Assembly: GCA_026026165.1 (NCBI GenBank)
Contig: JAPEUD010000087.1
Location: 62,001-93,532, forward strand
Length of the DNA stretch: 31,532 nt
DNA from: Sarea resinae
Taxonomy: Eukaryota
Direction of reading: 5' to 3'
The notes under the pieces are model-generated. The model ran no database searches and was not told the DNA's origin. It worked only from the letters and a program-made list of their open reading frames with translations. The translations under genes were made by a program, and so were the position numbers. How positions within the stretch are numbered: the stretch's first letter is position 1; each line of letters starts with the position of its first letter. Below, in pieces: positions 1 through 11,300 of the stretch.

Positions 1-2524
1 AATAATAATGAGAGGGACAGATACAGGTACTTGCCTATTTGCCGTCCGTTGGACCTTGACCGCTGTAGAATACCTACCTACAGCTATGATTTCACGAATA
101 TAACTCTCGAGTCCTCTTGTCGACAATGAGAATCCTCAGTCGCTGGAAGGCGCACTGCGTAAAGGGGAAAAGGAGGGATCGTCAAATAAAATTAGGTGCG
201 TTACAGGACTATCTCCGGACAAGGAATAGCGCCCCCACACTACATCTTAGGAGCTTCGTAGCCCTGAGGGTGCCCCACAGAATGACCAGCATGTCGAAAT
301 AAGACTCGACTCTACTTGCACCTCAAGTAATAGCTTGCGCGACGACGAAGTCATGGCGAAATGATGGCGAATCAACAAGTACGTGCAGGCAAATGATGAC
401 TGCCATCGTCTCTATCGGTCAGACCGCCTGTACTCCTAGCCCACGTACCTGACATGCCCGACAGATATCAGTGACGATCCCCCTTTACCTTACCCCTAAG
501 TTGTCCTTCCGTCCAGCCTTGAATGTCAGTCCTCCGTAGTTGGCTACTCTCCGAACAATCTCCTGTTCTCTTCAACCGGTCCCTTTCGTTGGCGGGCCCC
601 CTATTGAACAAGCACGCGCAAGAAATGCTACAATCCACCCAACAGCTGGCCCTGCATGCGAACGTGCGCCTTGCCGAACCTATGTCGACATTGTCGAAGA
701 CGCGGAATCGGCAATCGGACAGAGCGTACGCTGCAGGTAGGACAGCCAACGCCACATCCAAGTCCCTGGCACCTGGATTAGATCGGATACATACTACCTA
801 CCGTTTCCGTATCTGAGGAATGTGTACTACGAGTAAGTGCATTGTCGGGACTGAACGCCTCAGGTCACACACGGATTCCAGATGGTAGGGCCCTTGAAGT
901 ACATGTACTTGATCCTATTGTGTGGATGCGAGGTCTGAGAAGTATGAATTCTCGTCTATGCCTTTGATTGAAGCTTCTATCAGGCTAATGACGTCTTATG
1001 GGGCTGAAACCATGCGATAGCGTCTGATCCAATTCATAGCTGTCAAACTACAGGATGTATCCGCACGAGAAATCTTACCTGTCAAAAAATAGTGATTCTT
1101 TGATCTTTAGCTGCGCGACCAGCAGCGGCATTGCATGTCTTGTGCCCCTGTTCCTGGTGTAGCGGTTGTGCAAACCCTTCCCGTGGATGTGGGCACCCGT
1201 GGACCTGTCCATGGTGAGCCTGGCCAGTAGCAAACAAACTCTTATTTAGGAGGGAGGGACGGCCCACAATTCGTGCCCTCCGATCTTCGTAGACTAATGT
1301 ACACTTTAGTAGCGGATGCGCTGTAACGCGAGAACAGATAGGGACTGTACCTTTTATCAATTCTGATTGCGTTGAAACGCAGATCAGTTGTCTTCCACAG
1401 CGCACCCAGCCGTCCACTAGCGAAGCTGAAACGTCGTTTCCGGCTGGATGCAGACGAACGGATGCGTGACTACCAACCTTAGAGCAAACCGGCGCGCCTA
1501 GAGGGCGAGTAAACCGGCTGGCTTCAGGTTCCACATGTTGAGATGGATGTGTGCGGGCATTAAGCGACCAGGAAGTACAAAGTCCCTTCTGGGTCTCTAT
1601 CCACCGTAGGAGGTACCCAAGGTGGGTAGCTATCACGCAACGAGCAACTTGGAATTTGGCCTACACCATTCAAGACCGACGAGGTGAGGGTAAAGAGGCT
1701 GAAGCTAAGAGCTGGCCTCCATCTGGTAGGTCCGCAGAGTACCCAGCTAGGTAGACATTGCTGGAGATTTACTCGGAGTGCTCTAGAGTTACTCGTACTC
1801 ATAGAGTAGAGCAGGTACGAGTACCTAGTAGACTTGGACAGAGGTACCTGCCCATGCACACGCGTCAGCGAGCGGGGATGAATCCATGGGATGAATCTGG
1901 ATGAAGGCGGGAGGTAGCCAGGTGGTGCCTCATCTACTGTGTCTAATAGGTCAATACATCCAGACCGATGTGTGGTTTTAGGTACAGCCCCGGAACGAGG
2001 AAGTATCTGCGGCGTACCAGAGGTCGGTCGAGATACACGTAGACCGATCCGTAAGAGGTAGTCCGATAGCCCTCCAGCTTTATCGCCTGCTTTGGCCTGC
2101 GGTTTCGCTCTGCTCGCCGCATATGGGGCTCGCCTAAGGTACTTCTACCCTAGGTAGATCCCCTTACCATCATCTCCTTGAAATCAATGTACGGAGTACT
2201 AAGGTACCTGTTGTAGTTGCTCTCCAAAGGTACCACTGCTGTTCCCTCCAGCTCCCATCTCCTGAATCGTCGAGAAATAATCCGATTATATTACCATTCT
2301 GCCGCCACCGTACTGCTCCATCCTTCTACGACTCTCCCGCTCCCATCGAAATCCCCGAGATTTGGTTCTCATCCTCCACCATTTTCACGCCGTCCGTTGT
2401 TCATTGATTCATCTGTCTCTCCTTCATTTTCTTCTCCAGTTCTTTCTTCAGTTCCTTCTTCTGCTCTCTCTGCTCGGTCGCGAGCATATTTTCCACATTC
2501 GTTACTACGTAATCTCCCCTCACA

Positions 2525-4019
2525 ATGGGTGCCGACGAAAAAGTGCGCACATCGGGCGAGCTCTCGAGGCCAGAACCGCCCCAAGGGCTTCCCACAGTCA
2601 ATCCGGCTGTTGAGAGACCAGAGCCCGCCAAGGCAGCTCTTCACCCATCGCTCTACGTCGTGTAAGTCTAGCTTTACCAGGAGGTCAATGGGCTGAACCC
2701 AAGAGGAAAGTAGTGGGCGCTGACTGTGCTCTGAACAGGGTCTGGATCAGCTTGAGTTCGAGTGTGATTCTTTTCAACAAGTGGATCCTAGATACAGCGG
2801 GTTTTCGTAAGTGTTACTTGAAGCTCGATGAAGTGGGCAGTAGCTAATAATTGTCCCAGATTATCGTACGTTCTGTGTCTTGTGTACTGATAAAGCCATT
2901 CTGCCTCTGACTTCAAATGTGCTGCAGCAATCGTTCTGACAACATGGCATCTTGCTTTCGCAACTGTTATGACCCAAATCCTCGCACGGACAACCACACT
3001 TCTGGACGGCCGAAAGACGGTCAAGATGACCGGCAGGGTTTACCTGAGAGCTATCGTACCAATTGGATTGTTCTTCAGTCTGAGCTTGATCTGTGGCAAT
3101 CTCACCTACCTTTATCTGAGTGTGGCTTTCATCCAGATGTTGAAGGTATTTCATAGCATTACTTCATGTATTAGACAATGGCTGACCATTAAAGGCTACG
3201 ACACCCGTCGCAGTGCTCCTTGCCACATGGTCTCTTGGAGTGGCACCTCCGAACATGAAGACCCTGTTCAATGTCTCGTTCATTGTCATTGGTGTCGTTA
3301 TCGCATCCATTGGTGAAATCAAGTTCGTTCTTATCGGTTTCTTGTTCCAAGCTGGTGGCATCATGTTCGAATCCATCCGTCTGGTCATGGTACAGCGTCT
3401 TCTGAGCTCGGCCGAGTATAAGATGGATCCATTGGTGTCTCTTTACTACTTTGCTCCAGTCTGCGCTGTCATGAACTTCTGCGCATCGTTGATTTTTGAG
3501 ATTCCAAAGATTCAGATGCAAGATATCTACAACGTGGGCGTCTGGACCCTCGTTGCGAACGCCGTGGTGGCTTTCATGCTCAACGTTTCCGTCGTTTTCT
3601 TGGTATATATGAACACCATTGATAGTGGGTGTGCAATTGCTAACATGATTCAGATTGGCAAAACATCCTCTCTTGTTCTCACGTTGTGCGGTGTTCTCAA
3701 GGACATCCTTCTTGTGGCTGCTTCTATGATGATCTGGGGAACCGAGGTTTCTCCTCTCCAATTCTTCGGCTACAGTATCGCACTCTGCGGCCTCGTTTAC
3801 TACAAGCTCGGCGCAGAGCAGCTGAAGGATTACTTCGGTCAAGGTTCCCGTGCGTGGGCCGACTTTGGCTCTAGGCGTCCAGCATTGCGCAAGATCATCG
3901 TTTTCGGTGTTGCCCTTCTCGTTCTGTTCATCTTGCTCGGCGGACTGGCTCCAAGATACGCGCCGGCTTATGATCCAAAGGCTGCATACGACTCAGTCTG
4001 GGGTGAGAAATCGACGTAG
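2525..4019 (+). CDS. Triose-phosphate-transporter (TPT)/nucleotide-sugar transporter family (DMT/SLC35-like) membrane protein, ~400 aa, 6 exons
   Basis: Exons 2525-2661, 2739-2806, 2860-2865, 2928-3145, 3195-3602 and 3654-4019 (1203 nt). All introns are GT..AG with CTRAY-like branch sites. The spliced protein MGADEKVRTS...WISLSSSVILFNKWILDTAGFHYPIVLTTWHLAFAT...YLYLSVAFIQMLKATTPVAVL...IGKTSSLVLTLCGVLKDILLV carries the typical TPT-family motifs and multiple TM helices. Confidence 0.93.
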
Positions 4020-5356
4020 ACGCCACTTGCTCTATTATGGATTGGTCCCGGTATTGCGGGTAAGCAGGATGGCATGAGAGAGGGGGAAACCCAAGCAGAG
4101 GAGGCAGGCAGATGTGTTGCAACGATATTCAGGTCGGATTGCAAAGCAGATATTTTCAGCGCTATCGTTTTCCGCAAACCAGTGGAACGTGATTCTTTTA
4201 CCACGCTCGCCATTCGATATTACTGTATTCTTATGTGTCGGAGAGCTTTAAGGTCTTCTTTTTGTGGTTGTTATAGAGAGGTTATCGGCGTCGAATGAGG
4301 TCGCTGTTCGGGGCGAGCCGCGCAACATTGGTTCTAGTCCTGGCGCGATATCGCCATGGACGCAATGTGGCAAGCTATTCAGACTCTTCGAGATCTGTTG
4401 AAGGATAGCTAGAATATGTTCGAGAATCAAAAGCTCGTCAAAATCGACGTCTCCCATGCATCAAGTGCGAGGTGGCTGGAGTATTCCGGTGTCAGTCGCC
4501 CTCTCGTGGGAGATGGCTCGAGAACCTACAGTACTCTTTCCATGATGGGCCCGACACAGCCGGTAAGGGAAGGTACTTCAGTAGGGCAAAGTCAGGTACC
4601 TGATGTGTTTATGGAGTAGTACTACGAAGTAGGTTCCTGAGTGCAGGTGGGCTCGTGTCCTCACATCCGAGTACTATCTACTGCGCAGTATCGTCGTGCT
4701 GTCGAGGGCGCTGGGAAGGAAGGGATGGATCTATGGACGGATGGGAAACATGCCCAGGGCACCTTATCGTGGCCATGATCGTGATTTTACTCGAGTCGTA
4801 CCCTCGTACATGTTCTTGGGGAGACATCCAGGATCCCGGTGCTCGACTGCACTACGTAGGGGAATGCGAAAGCTTGAATCATGTCTCGAAATCTTCCCGA
4901 TGCTAAGGGACGAAACGAGAATGGTGCGGGCGCAGGCAAGTTCCGGCTTGCTTCACGGCGAGACCGATTCCAGTGGTGAGTGGTCGGGCGGCTCGCGTGT
5001 GTCAGCAGCGTGTGTGGGCGTGGTGTGGGCGTGTGGGTGTCTGCCCTGGCAACTCTGACGTTCACCCGCTTTGACGCCTTTCCTCTTTCTCACCGTTCGT
5101 GATCCATGTCTCTGTCGACCGTATCCAGTACGCAACTTCCCATACTTCGCACATTGTAACCCTGCCCGGGCACCGAACATTTGCTGTTTGAGGCTCGCAG
5201 CGTGAACTCTCGACTTCATCGCCGTGGCCCGTATCACGGCTGCGCTGCCTTCAACGACCCTGAGCAACTGAGAGATTGGCCCCACGGCGAGATTGGGTCT
5301 TCCCTCGGTCTGTCTCGGCCGTCCACCATCGACCGTCTTCCCGGCGTCAATACCTG

Positions 5357-5392
5357 ATGATGACTGTATCTGGCGGCTTTGCACATCGTTAA
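5357..5392 (+). promoter_or_regulatory. Short upstream ORF (MMTVSGGFAHR*) ending 1 nt before the inferred histidine kinase ATG
   Basis: ATGATGACT...CGTTAA G ATGGGG. It matters only if it lies inside the 5'UTR. Confidence 0.35.
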
Positions 5393-5393
5393 G

Positions 5394-8300
5394 ATGGGGG
5401 AGAAGCATGCACGTGAAGCGGAGCTTCCAGCGGCCCCCTCGCGGCTGTTTGAGCGGCTCTCATCGATACCAGGCTATGTCTGGGACGAGTCGATTCAACC
5501 TTTCCATTCGGTAGGAAATCCCTCCCTGGCGCAAACGAAGAATCGGAATGCGTGAAGGCCTGACGAATAGCAGAGTTATGATAATTGGCATGTCTTCGGA
5601 AAGCGTCGCATATCTCATGACGAATCTTCAAGTCTTTCGTCCGCGAGCTCAGTAACAAGCGATGGCCGCGCTTCTCCGGTCGCCTACTCGAGGCCTAATC
5701 TTGCTCAGCATTCGAGCTCGGCCACCATTCAGCCAAACCATTTCTTCCCCGAACAATCACAGGCCGCCGAGCCTTATCAGCAGGTGGTTGCTCGTATCTC
5801 CAGCCATGTTCTCCGACTGGAGCGCGAGTTCCACCTTTGCAAGACGCTCATTCAAACATCCGATCCCGATTGCCATCACATTGTCCGCCCAATAGAGTTG
5901 GCTCGGCTGCCTCCTCAACAGGGTGATCCAGGTCCCATGGTCGTCTTCATTGTGGAATCTCCTGGGGAGAATTACATAACAGAGCTGGTCAATCTTGGGC
6001 CGATGCTCTGCCGAACCCCCCCAAGAGAGGAGCTTCTTGAAGAGAAAATGAATTTTAGGGATTCGTCGACAGCGATGGCACTGCCTCCCTTTTTGGACTT
6101 TGCCATCGGCGCAAGCCAATGCTTGGAGCTCTTACATCATGGACAGCGGATAGTGCACGGAGAGCTACGGGGAGACGCCTTTCATTTCAACCAAGACACT
6201 GGCCATGTTAGGCTCATCAACTTCGGCTCGGGACCAAGGTCTTTTGAGAATGGCTTGACGAGCGCTGGCTGGTCGTCGTTGTCGAGGGAAATTGGGGTGA
6301 GGAACAAGCTACAGTACATTGCCCCCGAACAGACTGGACGCCTTCCAGCAGAGCCTGATAGCCGAACGGACATCTACAGTCTAGGGGTGCTGTTTTGGGT
6401 AATGCTCACAAGGACAACGCCATTTGAGGGCCAGTCTCCTATGGATGTCATGCAAAATGTCCTAAGTCGAAGGATACCCCCAGTCTCATCGATACGAGTG
6501 GACGTACCAGAGGTCCTGTCGAGTATTATTCAGAAGATGACCCAGAAGCAGATCGACCTTCGCTACCACTCCGTCAGTGGCCTGAAGTATGATCTGATGT
6601 CACTGCAGAAGATCCTTGGCGAGGGTGACAACGAGGCCCTTCAGCATTTCGAGATAGGGACCCGAGACGTCTCTTCATTTTTCAAGTTACCCTCCGCCAT
6701 GTTCGGCCGCACCGATGAACAGAAGAAGCTTCTCGACGTAATCAAGAAGGTTTCTAGTTCTCCTCGAAGGAAAGGTGCGATCAAGAAATCGCCGTTCTCT
6801 GTGAGCGCCAGTTCGTCTATATCAGATGGCCGACTAGAAGGATTCGAAGTCGGAGATGCATCCAGCGAGGCTAGCTCAGCCGGCTCAAGGCATAATTCCG
6901 GTACGAGTGTTCCGCTCCTTTCATCAAATCCTTCACCCTCTGCGTCGCAGGAGGAGGTAGAGACCGTCGGGGATAGATCACAAAGTGAACCTAGACCTCA
7001 ACCAGAGACAAAGCCATCCATGGACTCGAAGCTGTCCCATTTCAGCAAAAACTCCTACGAAACCAAATCGCTATCCGACAGCATAGATGCTAGCCGTACA
7101 TCTAGTGGTCCAAGCGGAGGCTCACATCACGATGTCGGCGGCCCTCGAAACAGACGCCTTCGAGGACACAAGCTGGTCAGAAAAGGTCAATGTGAGGTAG
7201 TAGCCGTTGCCGGGTCAGCTGGTCTGGGGAAGTCTTGCTTGGTTCAAAGTATCCATGCTGACGTCCGGTCATACGGGTACTTTTCCTTGGCCAAGTTTGA
7301 TCAGGCGAAGAGAACGCCGTATGAGCCTGTGCTGAAGTGCATGGGTTCGCTGTTCCGGCAAATATTCTCTGAAAGCGACGTTTCCACCAACTTTCACGAT
7401 GCAATCAGGACCTCTGTCAAGCCGATCTGGAGTGTTCTTCACACAATGTTGGATCTTCCCATCTGGTTACTTGGCTCTCAGAATATAGGAAAGCCCGCGT
7501 CATCTTCAGGGTCGATGCATCTTGCCAACAGGACAATACAAGCTGAATTTCCGCAAAGAGATTCCTCTTCTACCATGTCCCCGAACAGCAGTTTTAGTCT
7601 GAATATTGGACAGTCTACAGCTGATTTTTTACGTGGTGGAAATAACATCAAGACTATGAGATTGAAGAACATCTTCCTCGACGTATTACGACTATTGGCC
7701 GCTCACAAATTCATATGTCTCAGCTTAGAAGATCTGCAATTTGCCGACGAAGAGAGCCTCGAGCTGATTTCGGACATTGTGGCGAGTCAGATACAGCTCG
7801 TTCTTGTTGTGACCTATCGCAAAGAAGACATTCTTCCGGAGAAAGTTCGGGAAATAATAGAGAGCCAAAAGGCTTCCGTCACAACCATTGAACTTGCCCC
7901 TTTGAAGATAGATGACGTCGTGGAGTTAGTTGTTGCCACTCTTCAGCGGACTCGAGACTACGTCTCACCACTGGCAAACTTCCTTTACGAAAAGTCAAAA
8001 GGCAATCCATTCATCCTTCGAGAAATGCTTAATACTTGTCACAGGAAGAATATACTCTGGTACTCTTGGCAGCACTCTCAGTGGGAGTATGATATCGACA
8101 GAGTGTTTTCTGAATTTGCCGAGGGCCAAGGCCAACAACTAAGCGGCAGCTTTGTTGCGGACCGCCTGAAGGAATTACCTCGTGCTGGCCGTTGGTTCCT
8201 AGCTTGGGCGTCGCTCATCGGGCATTCGTTTTCTTTCGGCCTGGTGCAAAAGCTCATGTCGGGGGAATTTGACTATGACAAGCATCGAAAGATATCGCCC

Positions 8301-11300
8301 ATGAGGAAAAATCGTCATGCCGGATCACCAACCAAGGATGCGCTTGCAGGCTTGCAAGCTGCCCTACATGCCTACATCATTATGCAAGAAGATGGCGAAG
8401 ACCAGTTTCGCTTCTCTCATGATCGATACATCCAGGCAGCAGCTTCACTTCGAGAAAGCGACGATCTCCCGAAGATGCACTTTATCATTGCACAAACGAT
8501 GATGAAATATCACGACTTAGACGATCGTTCGCTCTATGACCGAGCTCAGCATATCTGCCAAGCTAAGGATCTTTTTAGGAAGCGCGTCAACTCTCGACGC
8601 CCTTTTAGAGCCCTCCTCTGCGAAGCCGCAGAGAAGGCAAGTGAATCTGCTGCGAAAGCTACAGCGCTCTATTACTGCCGGCATTCCTTGGAACTTCTTC
8701 AGCCAGATCCTTGGAACGACTCATTACCAGATGTCGATTATGATGAAACCCTAGATCTATACACTGGAACGGCGGAACTCTACGGGCATCAAGGCTGCTA
8801 CAATGAGGCAACGGAGCTCCTTCAAACTATCTTTCGCAAGGCCAGGTCTCCCGAAGACAAGGCACCGGCGTGGATTCTGCAAGGCAGAGTCCTAAATCAG
8901 AAGGGGGATAGTGTTGGTGCGCTTTCCGCACTCAAAAAGTGTATGGAAGACCTTGGCGAATACATCGAACCAGCAACATGGGAAGATTGTGACATGCAAT
9001 TTAGCCAGCTTTGTGTCCAGCTGCAAAGCATGGGCCGAAGTAAGCTCGTCTCAAGGGAAGTCAATTCTGACTGTCGACTTGTGGCCATAGGAGGCGAGTC
9101 TCGTATCCTCTGAATGACGTTTCTGGTCGTTAACCTTTGTATCAGGTGTTTTCGTCGAAGCCATATCTGCGACTTATTGGTGTGAACCTTTACTTTTTTA
9201 CCAGCTGACATTAAGAATGATCCATATCCACCTTCGACGCGGTTCGTTCATGCAGATTGCTTTTGGATACATTCATTTGGCTGCTATTGCCATAGGCAGG
9301 TTTAAGATGATCGAATTTGGTTGCGCAATGGGAGATCTTTCCGAGGAACTCTTGTTGACAGCTCAGCTTGATTCAGATACTATCGCTGGGCAGCGAACCG
9401 CTCACTCGCTGTTTGTGGCACATCTAGACAGCCATATCCAGAACCAGCTTTCGGTGTTAGAGGCAGCCATGGAAGCCTGCATACCTGTGGGCGATCGGAA
9501 TCTGACTCTGCTCAACCTTGGCACCGTAGCGATCAGTAAATTATGGTGCTCTGATGATGTAGTGGACCTAGAGGCATTCTGTACCTGTGAGTCCTCGAAA
9601 CGTCCCCCCCTCACTGTCCGTTTCCTAAAATCTCGATGGAATATTTACTGATAGATTCAGATGCTCCGGAGGAAATCCGCAATTGGGAGAAGGATCTCCG
9701 TGGTGGAGTACTTCTTTGCAGTGTCAGACAAGTAGCCAGGGCTCTTCAAGGGAAAACCGACTACAGCTGTGCGGATCGAGTCCTCTCCAACGAGGAACAC
9801 TCTTCGGAGGACTACCTCTCGTATATTAGGTCACAAGCGTCTGACCCCGAAAGGCCATTACAAATCTATCAAGGCTTTGCCTTACTTCCGTTGTATCTTT
9901 TCGGTCATTTCGAAAAGGCTATCGAGGTTGGCAATGCCTTACTCGCGACACTTGACCATTTATGGTCTGCTAGACTCTATCGTTCCATTCTTTTCTACTA
10001 CTCGCTGTCATTACTTGCGCATCTTCGAGATGATCCATCTCCACATAATAGGGCAGAAACCCTCGAAAAGGCTACGGCTTGCAAGCGACAAATCGAGGTA
10101 TGGGAGACTGTCAATGATATCAACTACGCAATGTGGTCTCTCTTGTTGAGTGCCGAAATATATGAACTCACTGGCGATTATGGAGCTGCCATCCAATCAT
10201 ACGAGTCCGCACTCGATCATGCAGAAGTACATTCGTTCACTCTAGAGCAAGCGATGGCCTTTGAGCTTCTGGGCGAATTCTTTCTTCGGCGTGGCTCCAA
10301 ACGAGCCGGCTTGGGAAGCCTACGAGAGGCTATGGCTGCGTATATGCGTATGGGTGCGGTTGGCAAATCAGACCATGTGGCCGCAAAACATGAGTGGTTA
10401 TTAAAGATATCGACTAGCTCCACCAAGGTTGACGTCGGCTGCCAGACTCAAGCGCCCGAGAATACATCGTATCGTTTGGAAGAGAACGAACAGCAGGCGA
10501 ACCGGCTTCTTGGTGATGAAACAAAAGAGGATCGGACTCAGGCTTGGCTTACCCCCAAAGCTCTCAACGACGAAGGAAAAGACGTCGCCTCTGGGCTGTC
10601 CGGACTAGGACTCGATATGATCGACCTGACTAGTATCCTCGAATCCAGCCAAGTCATATCATCTGAGCTACAAGTCGATCGATTGTTGGCAAAAATGACA
10701 GATATCGTCTTGGACTCGACCGGAGGTCTCTCGGATGTTGCCTCGATTTTGATTGAAGATGAAGGTCTGGTGTACCGGTATCTCCTCGAATCTAAGGTTT
10801 GCTGACAATCGTGCTAGATATCGGATGGTCCATTGCTGTCATTGGCGATCCCGAAAATGGCGTTCAGTCGTTCCCTGCAGGGCGGACACTCGATGACCTT
10901 GAAGGTAAGGTCTCCAGACAGGTGATTCTGTACGCCTTACGGTTCAAGGAGACGGTATTCTTGCATAATTTACTTGAGGACGAGAGATTCTCGAATGTTT
11001 CTCAGTCTTATCTAGCAAGGAACCCAAATGGAAAATCTATCATCGCTCTTCCAATTATACATACCGATTCTCTTCTTGGTATGTTTCCTCAAATTATGCT
11101 TCTAGATATATTTCGCAACATCACTAACACCTTACAGGGCTCCTGTATCTTGAAGGTCAGCCCAACGCTTTTACGGAGCGGAATCTTACCGTGCTTCGGC
11201 TCCTCGTAAATCAGGTTGGTGCCCATTAGTTGAAGATGCGTACGTGAATGATAGTCAATGCTGATAGTGACTCAGATCGGTATATCATTGGCAAACGCGC

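Noticed and set aside
833..863. GTAAGT...CCTCAG possible plus-strand intron
   Set aside because: Only ~31 nt, shorter than any real intron here, and no supporting ORF.
1082..1636. 184-aa minus-strand ORF and other short ORFs in 100-1900
   Set aside because: No recognisable domain or coding-like composition, and no transposase or RT motifs. Likely spurious.
2217..2696. 159-aa and overlapping ORFs upstream of the TPT gene
   Set aside because: They arise from the pyrimidine-rich 5' leader. The real CDS starts at 2525 in another frame.
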